This document shows, piece by piece, positions 22,791 to 36,310 of a stretch of DNA of 64,000 nucleotides. The stretch's first letter is position 1, and each line of letters opens with the position of its first letter. The translations under genes and the position numbers were made by a program. The stretch is taken from the NCBI RefSeq assembly GCF_018350175.1, contig NC_058368.1:48610001-48674000 (forward strand), read 5' to 3'. The stretch comes from Felis catus. Its lineage: Eukaryota. Under the pieces are notes generated by a model, which ran no database searches, was not told where the DNA came from, and was given only the letters and a program-made list of their open reading frames with translations.

Positions 22791-24409
22791 AAAGAAAAAT
22801 AATAATAAAAAAAAAACTTATAAACCACATAAAACCAGGACTTTTATTTATATTTCTTTATATAATCCCACTAGATTTGCTTTCCTCAGTTTATTTTTAA
22901 TCAGCTCTTACAATGGAAGAATTGCTTAACTATATAGAGGACAAGAAAATTTCACCGTGATTGGTCATCTATATCATCTTCAATGTGTTTCCTATTAAGT
23001 GTTTCCAACTACATAGAAACTTTATCTTCAAAATCATAAAATTAATACAGGCACGTCTGCTGATCATATTTCCCCTTAGGTCAGACATAGCTACGTCATG
23101 AATAATTTACCAGAATATACTGGGTCAGATATGCTTTTTATTTTTTTATTTAGTGTGGAAGCCACTCGAGATTTATAAGTATGTAGGAAGACCTATTCAT
23201 GGATGTGGGCATCTCAGGTACCCAGTATCATTCCTACTATTTGTTCCCAAGTAGTTTTCTATGCACATGTCTCATCTATGCACCAGCTGAGTCTGAGCCT
23301 GTAGGAAGGGCCTTGCATTCCAATGTTAACAGCACCTTCCAACTATCTCCTGGGCAGATAGCTCCCTTCCTAAGTAAAACATGCAGTTCCCTATGAGTTC
23401 AGTTCTGTAACTTTATTTCCTAAAAGCACGGCTCACCAAGTCTTAGCTCTCGGCCACACTTAAATGCACAACCAGGGCCAAGTGGGAAAGGCAGTGGGTG
23501 GAAAAGCATGGAAAGGAAGGAAGGTGCTGCAGATAGACCCTGAGTCATCCACGGAGGGGTCAAAGTGATTTGGAATGCTGTACGTTCTCAAAAATAGATC
23601 TGAATTTTCTCCGCAAAACTCCACAGACCTTTTTATATTACATTAAATGCTTTAAGTCGTTATTTGTCTTGAATCACCCAAAGAAACTGATGCCCTCAGA
23701 GATCTGGACCCTGGCACTAGAATGAACCCCAGGCAGGGCTGAACAGTGGAAGAGAGGGTGCATTTGCTTTATCCAGGATGCTGGAGGGCTTACTGGAAAA
23801 CCAAAAACAAAAAGAGGAGATTACCAACAGGAGTCCACTGAAGATCGAAGGGATGCTTCTTTGGGATAAAGCATACAAGTGACTTCTTCTGAAAAGAAGT
23901 CACTGGAGAAGAACTGAGAGTAGTAGACAGTGCTTGCCCAGCACTGTAGGATTCCCCTGCCATATTATTGCCTCATATTTCCTCTACCTGCTTCCACTCT
24001 GTATCTTGGTGTCTAGTGAAATACCAATTCCTTTCATTAGCACAAGGATATCTCACCCTCCCTTAAGATGGCCCTTAACAACAACAACAAAAAGATGGCC
24101 CTTACCAAAATTTTAAAACATCTGCATAAGGAAGAGATAAAAAGTCCAAACAGCTCCACTGTTCGAGAACAAAACCTGGCTGTCATTTGCTCACCTCCCA
24201 CCCCCTCCCTTTATCTAGCCCACTTCCAATCCACATAAACTAAAGAAAATAATCATATTCCACAGATAACATTCAAGCCACTTAGCATCACATCTTAGAA
24301 ACTTAGGGCAGACCATCAAGAATACATTTATATGTTAATGGAAACCACAAAAGTAGCACCCCCCCCCCATATCCCCACCTCTCTTTTCTTTGGGGGCAAC
24401 ATTTAAGCT

Positions 24410-24590
24410 AACACAGTACTAAAGGCTTTTGCAAGATTTGTCTCATTAAAGTCCCAAGGCTGGATATAGGTACTCTTGTTAGACCACCTTACAGATGAGC
24501 AAACTATAATTTGAAGGTAAAAATCTTGCCTAACATCACAGAGATAGAAGCACGTGATTAAGGCAGGACTCAACCTCACTCTCCGCAATT
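24410..24590 (-). mobile_element. MIR fragment
   Basis: 'ttacagatgagcaaact...cttgcctaacatcacagaga...ggcaggactcaacc'. Confidence 0.65.
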
Positions 24591-26843
24591 CCAAATTAAA
24601 TTTTGAACTGCTATATTGTACTTTAAGTTGTTAAAATCTACTTTCTACCCTTTCAATATGTGAAAGCACTATATTTAGTAAAAAGGAGAAGAAGGAGTAA
24701 AGGAAGAAGGAGAAGGGAAGAACTGAGTACCAACATGTACAAGGCACTATGCTACCTCCTGGAACTACAAAGGATTAGGGAGAGTTCAAGTCTTCACGTG
24801 TTCATAGACTCCACAGTCCGCCATTCCTTCCAGAGGGAAACTTTCTCTGGTCCACCAACCTCCACCTTTGTGCTCTCTCAAAATTCTTGCTCACTTTCTG
24901 CAGAATGCCTTCCATAACTAATTCTCCTTATTTACTCAATCAGTCCAGCGATGCTGTTGTAGTTCCTACTGTATGTGACTTAAAATTCATTCCTGGAATT
25001 TCTTTTGTTTGAATGGCTTCGTTCATTAAACTAACATTAAAAAAATACTGACATGGTGTGTTCTACTTTGTTCTAAATGACCAGTTGTACCTACGATACA
25101 CGGCATGTTGAGTATCAAGCAGAGTATAAAATTCAGTTTGACAGGGGGGATCTCCAGTACAGAGAACTGGATTAATCTTTTTTCTAGGTTTATGAGAAAC
25201 AATAATCATAGGTCTCTTTTAGTTTACTTACAGAATGTGTATATGTTACTGGTAATAATCTACTTGTGTGAGGCACACAAACATTCATTAATAAAAATAA
25301 TCAGTTTGATTTAAATCATTGCTGTAAAAGAAATGTGATCCTCTACCAAGGCAGAATTTATTACTTTTTGTATAGATCTTTAATATGCTACCTGTTGAGT
25401 CACGGATGTAATTTTCTTTCATCTATAAAGCAAACATTAAAACAACAATAAAATAGCAAAATAGTATCAGTAGAATATAAGCGATATTACTTAATATGTA
25501 CTATTTTTACAGTCATACCAAAAAATCAGGTGACATTTATGTTACTTAACAAAATTAACTAAAATACATATAAAGTCACTGACAAAAAAAAGCAATATTC
25601 AATTTGGGCGATTAATTTAAGAGATTTAAATATGTTCTTCCATGTTGCAGTAAAAGATTAGAAGATTTTTTAAAAAGCATTTTCAAGATTAAATTACTTA
25701 ACTGGTAATTTAGTATTCCACATGATTGTTTTCCAATAAGCACAAATCTTATTTAAAAAAAGTGTGCTTTGAAATTTTTTATTTGGTTATAAATACACAT
25801 ATTTCCACAGATTAAAAAAATCTACTTTAAATGCTGGGCTAAGCAACAAACTCAAGTCCTCATCTTCCTCTTTCTAGTCATTACTTCAGGCAAATAGTTG
25901 TAAATAATCGATCACCTTTGGGGAGGCTTATGAGCCAAGTAATCTCCTTACTGAGGTGGGAAGTCAAACAAAATGATGTCCAAGGGTCCATCAAGACCAG
26001 ACTTTCTTAATCAGAATTCTGTGCACAAGTGTGCAGAACCCCAATCAAACTGATCAGTTTCCTTATTTCTTCCATAAAATCCACAAAACACTTTTAATAT
26101 ATTTTAAAAATACAGTTTGAAAACTAAAAAGAAAACCCTGTGATGTGTAACAGGAACTTTCAAACCTGTTCAACATGGACTCTTCTTGAGTGAAGGACTT
26201 TCCCTTAATGTATCTATATAACTGAAGAGAAACTTTTGGAAAACCAGTATCATTAAGCCTTAGAGAAGGTCTTGAAACAAACTTTTTTAATCTGTCAAAT
26301 TTTCTACAGTAATGCTTCACCAGCTGACTGTACTGCCCATGACTCCTAGCCGACCATCACTAAACTAACCGCCTGTTCCCATTGGGCTATTCTGGATCCT
26401 GCCATTTGCCACCCTCGGCTACCACCTATCCAGTGTTCAGGGTCAACTCAATGCTTACTTTCTCCATGTTCCGACATATTTCACCTGAGTATTGTTCAAC
26501 CTTATCCATCTTATATACAGCCCCACCCTTCCAACTCGGACCTATTTCTTCAGTATGTTCACCAAAGCTTATAATTTACTTCCTGATTATACTGTCATAA
26601 ATATGGATTACCTAGGTCTGAAGTTTCGTTTCCACAACAAGACTGTTAATCCTGCATCTGACACTTCTTTATCCCTGGAAATTCTTGGTATTCAGTAAAT
26701 ACTTGATAGCTTATTGATAAAAATAGAACTACGTTTATATGGATGCTTCTTCTTTTTTGGTTTTCAAAAAAAATATCTGAATTTTAAATATGATATATGT
26801 TTAATGTTCCATTGTTTTTATTCTTTAAAACTCAACTTTTTGT

Positions 26844-27028
26844 GGTGCGCCTGGGTGGCTCAGTCGGTTAAGTATCCGACTTCGGCTCAGGTCACGATCT
26901 CACAGTTTGTGAGTTTGAGCCCCACATCAGGCTCTGTGCTGACAGCTCAGAGCCTAGAACCTGCTTCAGATTCTGTGACTCTCTCTCTCTCTCTCAAAAA
27001 TAAACATAAAAAAAATTTAAAAAAAAAC
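26844..27028 (+). mobile_element. Can-SINE
   Basis: TSD aaactcaactttttgt on both sides. Confidence 0.93.
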
Positions 27029-27439
27029 AAACTCAACTTTTTGTATCAACCCTAAATAATGCCTCAGAAAACATCATTTACTAATTTCCTAGACTGCAAT
27101 GCCCTGTTACTAAAAGTGCCAACTATATATGCTAACCATTCAAATATTTTTCTTATCTCTTCTTCGTTGAGTAAAACTTGACACGCACGACACAAAATAA
27201 AACTAGCACTGCCAGCCCTTCTAAAAATTACTATTTATTGTATAATGCAAACATTAAAAAAGTTTTGCCCTCTTTTTCTGATTGGAAAAATACAACGTGC
27301 ATATTCTAAAACCTTCAAAGAATGCCTAAAAGTATAAAAAAGAAAATTAAAACCACTTGAAATAGTAGTAGCAAAGAGTAAGCAATGTTACCATATTTGG
27401 TATATGCCCTTTCTTACATGTATACACATATACAAAAGT

Positions 27440-27640
27440 ACAAATTCCAGCAGCTACTCTTAAGTCGTGGCTCCACTCTCCCTATTGGTGTGACCTGCGG
27501 TATTTAGCCTCCTGATGCTTCTGTTAACTCATCTGTAAAATGGGGCCAATACTATTGACTCAGAGCAATGTTGTGATTATTAAATGAGATAATCCATGTA
27601 AAGCACTGGCAAAGTATCCAACGTACAGATTTTCAATGTT
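27440..27640 (+). mobile_element. MIR
   Basis: 'ctcatctgtaaaatgggg...gttgtgattattaaatgagataatccatgtaaagcac'. Confidence 0.8.
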
Positions 27641-27646
27641 GTTACA

Positions 27647-27690
27647 CAGTTGATCCTTGAGCAATATGGGTTTGGACAGCATGGGTCCAC

Positions 27691-27736
<46 letters not shown>

Positions 27737-28012
27737 TTCCTTTCAATAAATACAGTACCACACATGCGTTTCCTCTCACAGTTTTCTTAATAACATTTTC
27801 TTTTCTCTAGCTTACTTTAGTGTAAGAATAAGGTATAGAATACGTATAACATACAAAGTTTGTGTTAATTGACTGCTTATATTATCAGGAAGGTTTCCAG
27901 TCAACAATATGCTATTAGCAGTTAAGTTTTGGGGGACTCAAAAGTTATATGTGGATTTTCAATTGCACAGGGCATTGCTGCCCCTAAACCTATGTTGTTC
28001 AAGGATCAACTG
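27647..28012 (+). mobile_element. Tigger2a-like (Tc1/mariner-pogo) MITE with internal (CA)n
   Basis: TIRs 'cagttgatccttga...' and '...tcaaggatcaactg', followed by TA; (CA)n at about 27694-27734. Confidence 0.9.
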
Positions 28013-28097
28013 TATATCCCTGATATTAATGCCACTTGGTAATCTGCTTCCTTGAACTGAAAATACTTCACTAACTTGCCCATCAATAAATTCAGTA

Positions 28098-28317
28098 TTT
28101 TTTTTTTAATTTTTTTCAACGTTTATTTATTTTTGGGACAGAGAGAGAGCATGAACGGGGGGACAGGCAGAGAGAGAGGGAGACACAGAATCCGAAGCAG
28201 GCTCCAGGCTCCGAGCCATCAGCCCAGAGCCTGACGCGGGGCTCGAACTCACGGACCGCGAGATCGTGACCTGGCTGAAGTCGGACGCTTAACCGACTGT
28301 GCCACCCAGGCGCCCCC
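28098..28317 (-). mobile_element. Young felid Can-SINE (SINEC_Fc-type)
   Basis: CpG-rich near-consensus; TSD gta+T-run; sits in the tail of an older SINE. Confidence 0.95.
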
Positions 28318-28319
28318 GT

Positions 28320-28422
28320 ATTTTTTTTTTTTAAGTAAACTCTCCACCCAACCTGGGGCTTGAACTTACAACCCTACGATCAAGAGTCACATGCTTTGCT
28401 GACTGAGCCAGCCAGGTACCCC
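28320..28422 (-). mobile_element. Short old Can-SINE
   Basis: 'ggggcttgaacttacaaccc...gatcaagagtcacatgct...ctgagccagccagg'. Confidence 0.85.
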
Positions 28423-28956
28423 AAGATTTTGTTTTCAACAGCAGAGCAGTGTTCCTTCAATGTACCATCAATGTACCATATTTATTTATTGGACATTTTA
28501 CTTGCTTCACAATGTTTAATGACAACAATACTCTGTGGATGTAACTGTAGCCAATTCTTTGCACATATTCATAATTATAGTTTTGGAATAAATTCCTAGA
28601 AATAGAACTTTTGGTCCAAAGGTTACTCACATTTTAAATGTTTACATATACTTCCACAGGAAAGTAGAAGTTTACAACATGCTTCAAAAGTGCACATACA
28701 TGCATATTTACCATAGCTTCCCCAACATCTGGAAAGGCCATCTCTTAAATTTACGCATTCGAACAGCAGAAAAAAATGGTTCTAATTTGTACTTCCTGGA
28801 CTACCAGTAAGATTCAACATCAATTCATTGGTTTACTGGCCATTTGTATGTCTTCTTTTGTGAAATCCCTGTTTAGGTCTTTTCCCATCTTTATACTGGG
28901 GCAGCTGCCTTATTCTCATTAAGAGGTTTCTTCCTTAAAAATATGAAATTTTCAAA

Positions 28957-29181
28957 GGGGCGCCTGGGTGGCTCAGTCGGTTAAGCGTCTGACTTCGGCT
29001 CAGGTCACGATCTCACCACTTGTGAGTTCAAACCCCACATCGGGTTCTGTGCTGCCAGCTCGGAGCCTGAAGCCTGCTTCAGATTCTGTGTCTCCTTCTC
29101 TCTCAGCCCTTCTCCCACTCATGCACGCGCTCGTTCTCTCTCAAAAATAAACATTAAAAAAGATTTTTCTTTAAAAAAAAA
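28957..29181 (+). mobile_element. Can-SINE
   Basis: Full body; flanked by tgaaattttca. Confidence 0.93.
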
Positions 29182-29195
29182 TTTTGAAATTTTCA

Positions 29196-29321
29196 GGGTA
29201 CCTGGCTGGCTGAGTCTGTTAAGCGTCCAATTCTCGATCCCAACTCAGGTCATGACGTCACTGTTCCTGAGTTGGAGCCCCATGTCAGGATACACACTGT
29301 CAGTGTGGAGACTGCTTGGGA

Positions 29322-29371
<50 letters not shown>

Positions 29372-29438
29372 TCCCTGCTCACATGCTTGCACTCTCTCTC
29401 TCAAAATAAATAAACTTAAAAAAATAAAAAAAATTTAT
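29196..29438 (+). mobile_element. Can-SINE (older type)
   Basis: Body with 'ctgcttgggattctctc', (CT)n, tail. Confidence 0.9.
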
Positions 29439-30379
29439 ATATGCAATTTTCATTGTCACATATATTGCCAAGTGTTTTTTTCCCAGTTTACAGCTCGTCA
29501 TTTAAATTTACCAAATATTTATTATACAGATGAGCTTAATGTTTTAGTCAAATATATCTATTTCTAATTTACGATTTATGGATTTGGTGTCACTTTTTAG
29601 AAATTTCTTCCCCATACAAGATTTATAAAGGTAATCACCTAAATCTTATTTTAGTACCTTTTATATATTACTCTGATTCAGTTTTTATGAGGCAAAGTAT
29701 TTAGGGAGATGTATTTGAAATCTTAGAGTATTATTTCTGAAAATATCTCAGGTTGGACAAAGCATAATGCTGAGCCAAACCACTGTATTAAGGATGATAT
29801 AGAAGCGGCTTTATCTAAGCTTCCAGAGGAGAATACTATAAAAAGGCACATCATATACGCTGGCTTCATATTTTTAGCAATTAACTTTTATCCCAGTCCA
29901 TCTACCTCTGTTCTGCTTTCCAGGCCTATTTATCCCACAGCTTACTTTACATCTGTACTCAAATTACTTCCTCAGGGAAAATGGCCTCACAAGGTGCCTA
30001 TTATAAAGCGCTCAGAATTTTCCCCTTTATTCTGTAGCAGACCTCAGTTGGAAAAGATACATTTATTTTGTTAATTTGATTCCCTGACCCACAGCAGAGA
30101 TGACCATTTTTGATCCTCACTGCAGGACACGTGAATAGGTGCTCAAGGGAGGAAGGGGAGTTTGTCTTGTTTGTGTACATGTGTTTATTTTTCTAACAAA
30201 AATGGAAAGTCAGATTGAAACCAAACAAAGCTGGCATACAGACCTGCTTTGGAAGTAACCACTCTTCCTCACACAGTTTCAGAAAAGCTGAAGAGGCTCA
30301 TGGTCATTCTAAAAATTCATTCCGGATAGGCTGAAAAGGGAATATATATTTCATCCTAGAATGATCGGAATTGTGTTAC

Positions 30380-30599
30380 CTTTTTTTTTTTTTTTAATGT
30401 TTATTTTTGAGAGAGACAGAGACAGAGGGACAGAGTGTAAGCAGGGGAGGGGCAGACAGAGAGGGAGAGTCAGAACCAGAAGCAGGCTCCAGGCTCTGAG
30501 CTGCCAGCACAGAGCCTGATGCTGGGCTCGAACTCACGGACTGCGAGATCATGACCTGAGCCGAAGTCAGATGCCCAACCGAGTCACCCAGATGCCCCC
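30380..30599 (-). mobile_element. Can-SINE
   Basis: Reverse copy; degenerate TSD gaa..gtgtta. Confidence 0.92.
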
Positions 30600-32519
30600 T
30601 GAACGGTGTTATTTCTGTATCATTTCATGCTCTTAAAAATATATAAATATCAGCATCCTTTCGGATGCTCTGCAGCTTCAAATTATATACAAAAGATATA
30701 AACATTTGATGTCGAAAACTGGTAATCGAAGAACAGTGACACAAATCTATACAGGGTTTGCAGTTTTCTGAGCTGTTTTATAAACATTATTACACTGAGT
30801 ATTCACAAGTTAGCGTAGGACAGAGATTTTCCAGTCAGGGAAGGGACTCAACCTGAACTAACAAATCTACTAAGTGGAAGAACTTGAACCCAGGATACGT
30901 GCCACTCATCCAGGCGGGCACATATTAGCTGCCCCAGCACACAGCCCAACCCCACCTCCAGCTTCCCTGAGTGCTCCCTTCTTCAATGCCTAGCATGCAT
31001 CACCTCCTTAGGAACCATCTCGAAATGCACGCTCTCTAAATCTTCACAGATTGCACTCAGACCATATTGCCAATGTATTCTGTCAGTACCTAAATACTCC
31101 ATGGTCTATTATTTGGCATTATGGGCAAACCTCTTTTTCTCCCACTTGTAGATAAATCCTTTGAAGAGACTGTTAGTTCTTCAAAGATAAAAGCTTTTTT
31201 AACTTCCCACGGTGCCTAATGTAAGAGTTAAATAAACTGATTTTAGTAAACTGGAACACGAGGTTATGTTCCAAAAAATGAAAACAAGCTATTTTTAAAG
31301 GCCGGGCCAGATACTACCCCAGAGCCGGTGCCCCCACACCCACCTGCAGGCTCCCAGATCCGCTCATGGGGCACAAACACAAGAACACGCCCAACAGGAA
31401 CACAGCGTTCCCAAGGTAGGCTGGAGGTTTTTAAACCTGAGGAGGTGGCAATATTTTTCCTATCCCAAGACCAGGGGAGCGGCGCCTGGAGGCCTTTCTT
31501 AACAAAACAGGTTTTTCATGTTAGCTTCTGCCCCAGCAGGAGCTGCAGGGTGGGGCAGGAGAGGCGAGGAAGGAAGAAAAGTGCTAAGTGCAGACAGCTG
31601 GGAAAGACCCTTTCCCTCCCAAAGATGAAATCCCCAAAACCTTCCCTTATGGGATCTTCCAGCACAACGAAATGTGAAAGAGTAAGGAGGTAAGGGAAGA
31701 GGAGAGACAGTGCCTTCTCTCCCAAGACAAGACAGCTCTCGCGTCGATGAATTTGTAGCCCAGATGTCAATTTTGCCATGGCGTCTATTTTTATCTTTGT
31801 GACGTGAGAGTAAAAGATGTTCATTTTCAAAACCCCAAACTACTTCCTAAAAGGAAAACTTCCACAAGCATCTGTTTTTCTTCTTCTGTATCAAAAGTGT
31901 CCTTATACTTACATAAACATGTGTGGTTATATCTGCGACCCAACCTGCTAATTCACCTGAAGGAATGGATTTCCTCTCAACACATAAGGTCCCATTCAGA
32001 AACCCTAGGCCAAGTGCATGCATTCATCCTCAGAGCCTCAATTACGCACAAGACATCCAGTCGCCACAACCAAAACCCACGGGACACACCAATTCATTGC
32101 ACATGAGAATGCATCAACTTCTGCTCTTAAAATCATTTCCTAAGATGCACTTGCCAATATTTAACTCATTAACACTGCAGACCCCCATTTTTAGCATTCT
32201 ATTTACATTTTGCAACCTCATGCATTTTCTGGGTAATGAATAGATCCTGTGGTCTCTAGGTCCCAACTAAGGAGAACAACATTATGATAATGTTGACAGT
32301 TCACAATTATGGAGAAGCCAACTTTAAGGTAATGTTTCTTTAAAACAGAAAATGTGTAAACTAGTCATGGGTGAGGAATGACCCAGGGACTGGGGAATAG
32401 TCACGAATGCTATCCCTGTTGTTCTCTTTTCCCGAACGGAAACACAATTCTCTTATAGGCCATAGTTAAGGCATAAGCAAATGCAAGGCACAAAGTCAGC
32501 ACTATTAAAAACCTGTTGG

Positions 32520-32855
32520 GGGCAGGGGTAGCCAATAAAAGGGTAGCACAAGCAAGCTTGACAGAGACGGAACCATTCTGTACCTTGACTGTGGTGATGG
32601 TTACATGAATACCTGTGACAAAACTGCACGAACTATACACATACGCACACATAAATAAGCGCACGTAAAACTGCCTGAGTCTAATAAGCTCTGCAGGTTG
32701 TACCAATATCTTGGCTCGGATACCACAATACAGTCCCACAAGATGCAACCAACCAGTGGGGGAAACCGGGTGAAAAGATATGAGATCACCCTGTATTTAG
32801 GGGTGGATTGGGGGAGAATTCCTGTCACCTTATAATTACTTAAAAATAAAATTTT
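32520..32855 (+). mobile_element. L1MC-like 3' end fragment
   Basis: 'ttctgtaccttgactgtggtgatggttacatgaat...aactatacac...gggggaaaccgggtgaa...tataattacttaaaaataaaa'. Confidence 0.75.
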
Positions 32856-32934
32856 TTGAGAAAAAGCCTGTCAGTTGCAAACACTGTTTGCTATACATAC
32901 ATAAATACATACATACATACATTTAGTCAGGCAG

Positions 32935-33050
32935 GTATTCATTCAACCAACATTTATTAAGCATATACTATTGCTTGGCACTGCTCTACATTCGGGAGCT
33001 ACAAACACTAAAATGATTATATTCCTTGATCTCTAGGAATTCACAGCCCA
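32935..33050 (-). mobile_element. L2 3' end
   Basis: 'attcattcaaccaacatttattaagcatatacta...ggcactgctcta'. Confidence 0.75.
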
Positions 33051-33276
33051 GATATCCACTAAGAAAGTTGTGTACAAAGGAAAGCGAAGGTTACAATGGT
33101 GCTCCATACAAAGAAGACACATAACGGTCTGTAATTGGTCCAGATCATAGTCAAGCTTGACATGAAAGCAAATGTATTTGCCAATCACAGTTCCCTTCAT
33201 GAAATAAATGATTATGTATGGTCAGTATAAAATGGTCATATTAATTAAGGTTGACATCATTAAAAATCTCAACCCT

Positions 33277-33500
33277 GGGGCGCCTGGGTGGCACAGTCGG
33301 TTAAGCGTCCGACTTCAGCCAGGTCACGATCTCGAGGTCCATGAGTTCGAGCCTCGCGTCAGGCTCTGGGCTGATGGCACGGAGCCTGGAGCCTGTTTCC
33401 GATTCTGTGTCTTCCTCTCTCTCTGCCCCTCCCCCGTTCATGCTCTGTCTCTCTCTGTCCCAAAAATAAATAAAAAACGTTGAAAAAAAAATTAAAAAAA
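33277..33500 (+). mobile_element. Young felid Can-SINE (SINEC_Fc-type)
   Basis: Near-consensus; TSD ctcaaccct. Confidence 0.95.
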
Positions 33501-33760
33501 AAAACTCAACCCTTAAGAGAAGTTTTTCCTGAAGGTATTTCTATCTTAAGAGCAAAGAACGTTCAGTTACAATAAGGTAAATACTTTCATAAGAAGGGGG
33601 GTGGTGTTTGACTTCAAAACCTCAATGTTTCTTTTCAATTCCTTTTTGAGATACATCTTTGAGATGTTATTAAAATTGTTCAAGGAAAATTTACAGCTTA
33701 GTTTAAAGCATGTGGAACTGAGGGAGGGTAGCCTCCCAGGAGAAGAAAGAATGCTTGATA

Positions 33761-33948
33761 TTTTTTATTTTTATTTTTTTGAGAGAAAGAGAGAGAACAA
33801 GCAGGGGAGGGGCGGAGGGAAAAGGAGAGAATCTCAAGCAGGCTCCACACCCAGTGCAGAGCCTGACTTGGGGCCAGAACCGTGAGCTCGTGACCTAAGC
33901 TGAAATCAAGAGTTGGACGCTTAACCAGCTGAGCCACCCAGGTGCCCC
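33761..33948 (-). mobile_element. Can-SINE
   Basis: Reverse copy; TSD cttgata. Confidence 0.9.
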
Positions 33949-35439
33949 TTGATACTCAAATTTAAACATCTGTAACTAATGAAAGAACATTCACCTGGAA
34001 TAGAGGTTACTATTTTTCAAACTACAGCCATGGATTCACTTTCTATGTTGTGTGTGTCCCTGGACAAGTTTTGTAAAAGCAGACAACTCCACTTTAAATT
34101 AATATGATCTTTTATTTAAGAGATACTTTCTCTCTGATTCTGATTAATTCCGAATTAACGGTATTTCAATACTTTACTTTAAATCTGTCAATCTTTCTGC
34201 CAAGTTGGTGTAATCAGATCCTGAGGTTCCCCCACACTTCTAATGTTGTATCTGAAAAATGTGACGTAAGAAAACATAATTCTGTAAAAAATTTAAAAAT
34301 AAGAAAATAATGCTATTATTAGGCTTTAGCTTTACTGAAGATTTATTACAAAAATATTACTTTTGGAAATAGGCAAAAATGAAAAAAATAAAGGACCAAT
34401 GTTAGGTTTCAAGAACGTAATACCATTAAGATAAAGATGAAAATTCTACATATATCTTTGGACTTAGCGTGGATGATCACTGGACTTAAGGAAGGAGGCA
34501 AAGATGGAAATACTACACGTGAAACTGTCAGTTCACACACAGCACCACCCTGTAATTCCCCAAAACGTTCACAGAGAACCTACCGTCCAGAAATTCAATA
34601 TAAAACTGTGCCTTACCACTATTGATATATAAAGAATGTAGTATATGGCTTGTTCAAAACCCAAACTCAATAATGTCAAAACCTGAGTGTGGTGCTAAAC
34701 AGACACTGTGGTTGAAAGAATTCATATATTAAAATAAATAAATGGTAAACCAGACATATAGGTACCTTCATATAAACTTTGCCTTAAAAAAAAGGCCATT
34801 AGAATATCACGTCTGTGAAAACTTAATCTGTCGCAGACTATGGGAACAACTTATCATCACTTCACTTATTATTATTATTTTTTTTTTTTTTGAGTCTACC
34901 ATGTACCAGGCATAGTGCCAAATGCTAAAAATTCAAAGGTCATCCAGAGTCGACAGGCTTCCTGCCATCATGGAGAACACCTACAAGGAAAAGGGAAAGG
35001 TAGGCCCCATGCTCTGTACCACCCACCACCCCTGGAAACAACTGATGCCTGAGTAGATACACTGGATGCCTACAATCCTGGATCAGGTCAGATTCCAGAA
35101 CCTCAGGAGCCTACCAAGCAAGAACAGTTTCGGGAATAAAATCAATTTCCAGTACTATGAACTCAGTGCTAATATCAGTATGCCTACAACTTCTCTCCCT
35201 TGTTTTCAAACCACTTACGATGAACAAGAGACACTCTGAGTACCTCATTTAGATACACTGACTGCACTACATAACAAAGCTATGGTTATTAATAAGCGTT
35301 TTCTCCACAATTTCTTTGAGAGCTGCCCTCTCTGCCTAAACACACACTACGTACAATATTAAGTCCTACAACCCAGGTTTCTAACAGCTGACTGAGATAG
35401 TCAAAAACGGTTCATGCCGAGTACCTAACAATCCTTGCC

Positions 35440-36310
35440 TCAGCAAAGCAGACCAGAACAAAAACCTGCTCTTTTGATTTCCCTTCACCCTCTCCAACAT
35501 TTTTTTGAAAGCTTGACATCATCCTTGACCCCTCCTCTTCCACCCAGATCTTTCCCATTTGCGAGTTGCCAAGTCCTGTAGGTTCTGAACATGACTCTCA
35601 AATTGAGCCCTTCTTTTCTATTTGCACTGCCACCACGTCCAGAATGGCATTAAATAAAATCCGCAATACAACGCAAACTGCATCTTGGGGTGCTTGGGTG
35701 GCTTGGCCGCTTAAACATCCGACTTCTGCTTGGGTCATGATCTCACGGTTCGTGGGTTCGAGCCCCTCAGCGGGCTCTGTGCTGACAGCTTGGAGCCCGG
35801 AACCTGCTTCTAGTTCTGTGTCTCCCTCTCTCTGCCCCTCCCCAGCTTGCTTGCTCAATCTCTCTCCCAAAAATAAACACTAAAAAAAAATTAAAACAAC
35901 GCAAACCGCATCTCGAATGTTATCCCCTGCCATGTACACATCTTACCCAACAAACATACTCATACTACTTTGGCACACCTTTCCTTCTTATAGCACCTTT
36001 GCTCACACTGTTCCTCCCACCTGATATCTAAAAGAAATCTCATCTTTACAAATGAGCTCTAAAGCAACCTCTTCAAAGAAACCTAACTCTACCTAATCTA
36101 TGAACCCCCACAGTATGCTTCGTATGATCCATAAGCCTTGCAGTGTTGTTCCTTCGCCTAACTATTTATTATGGAAGTATTTATGTAAGGGTAAGATTGC
36201 CCTTGTCACACCCAGGTCAAGGATGTATCTTAATTGCTCTTTTGTGAGTACTGTGCCTCAGCTGGGGCACTGTACACAGAGGAATAAATAAACATGTATC
36301 AAATGGAACT
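35440..36310 (+). mobile_element. L2 remnant (interrupted by SINE)
   Basis: 'catcatccttgacccctcctcttcc...gccaagtcctgtaggttct', 'ctttgctcacactgttcctcccacctg', L2-like 3' end. Confidence 0.7.
35687..35895 (+). mobile_element. Can-SINE
   Basis: TSD acaacgcaaac(t/c)gcatct. Confidence 0.93.

Larger units (their letters stand above)
28430..29690 (-). mobile_element. Old L1ME-like fragment (interrupted by two SINEs)
   Basis: 'aaattcctagaaatagaac...ggtttactggccatttgtatgtcttcttttgtgaa' is reverse L1M ORF2/3' sequence. Confidence 0.7.

Noticed and set aside
30652..30669. Hairpin agcatcc-tttc-ggatgct
   Set aside because: A 7-bp stem is expected by chance in 64 kb.
31516..31830. 104-aa minus ORF with an internal strong Kozak (gacgccATGG)
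   Set aside because: Peptide unrecognised, with no convincing promoter or donor.
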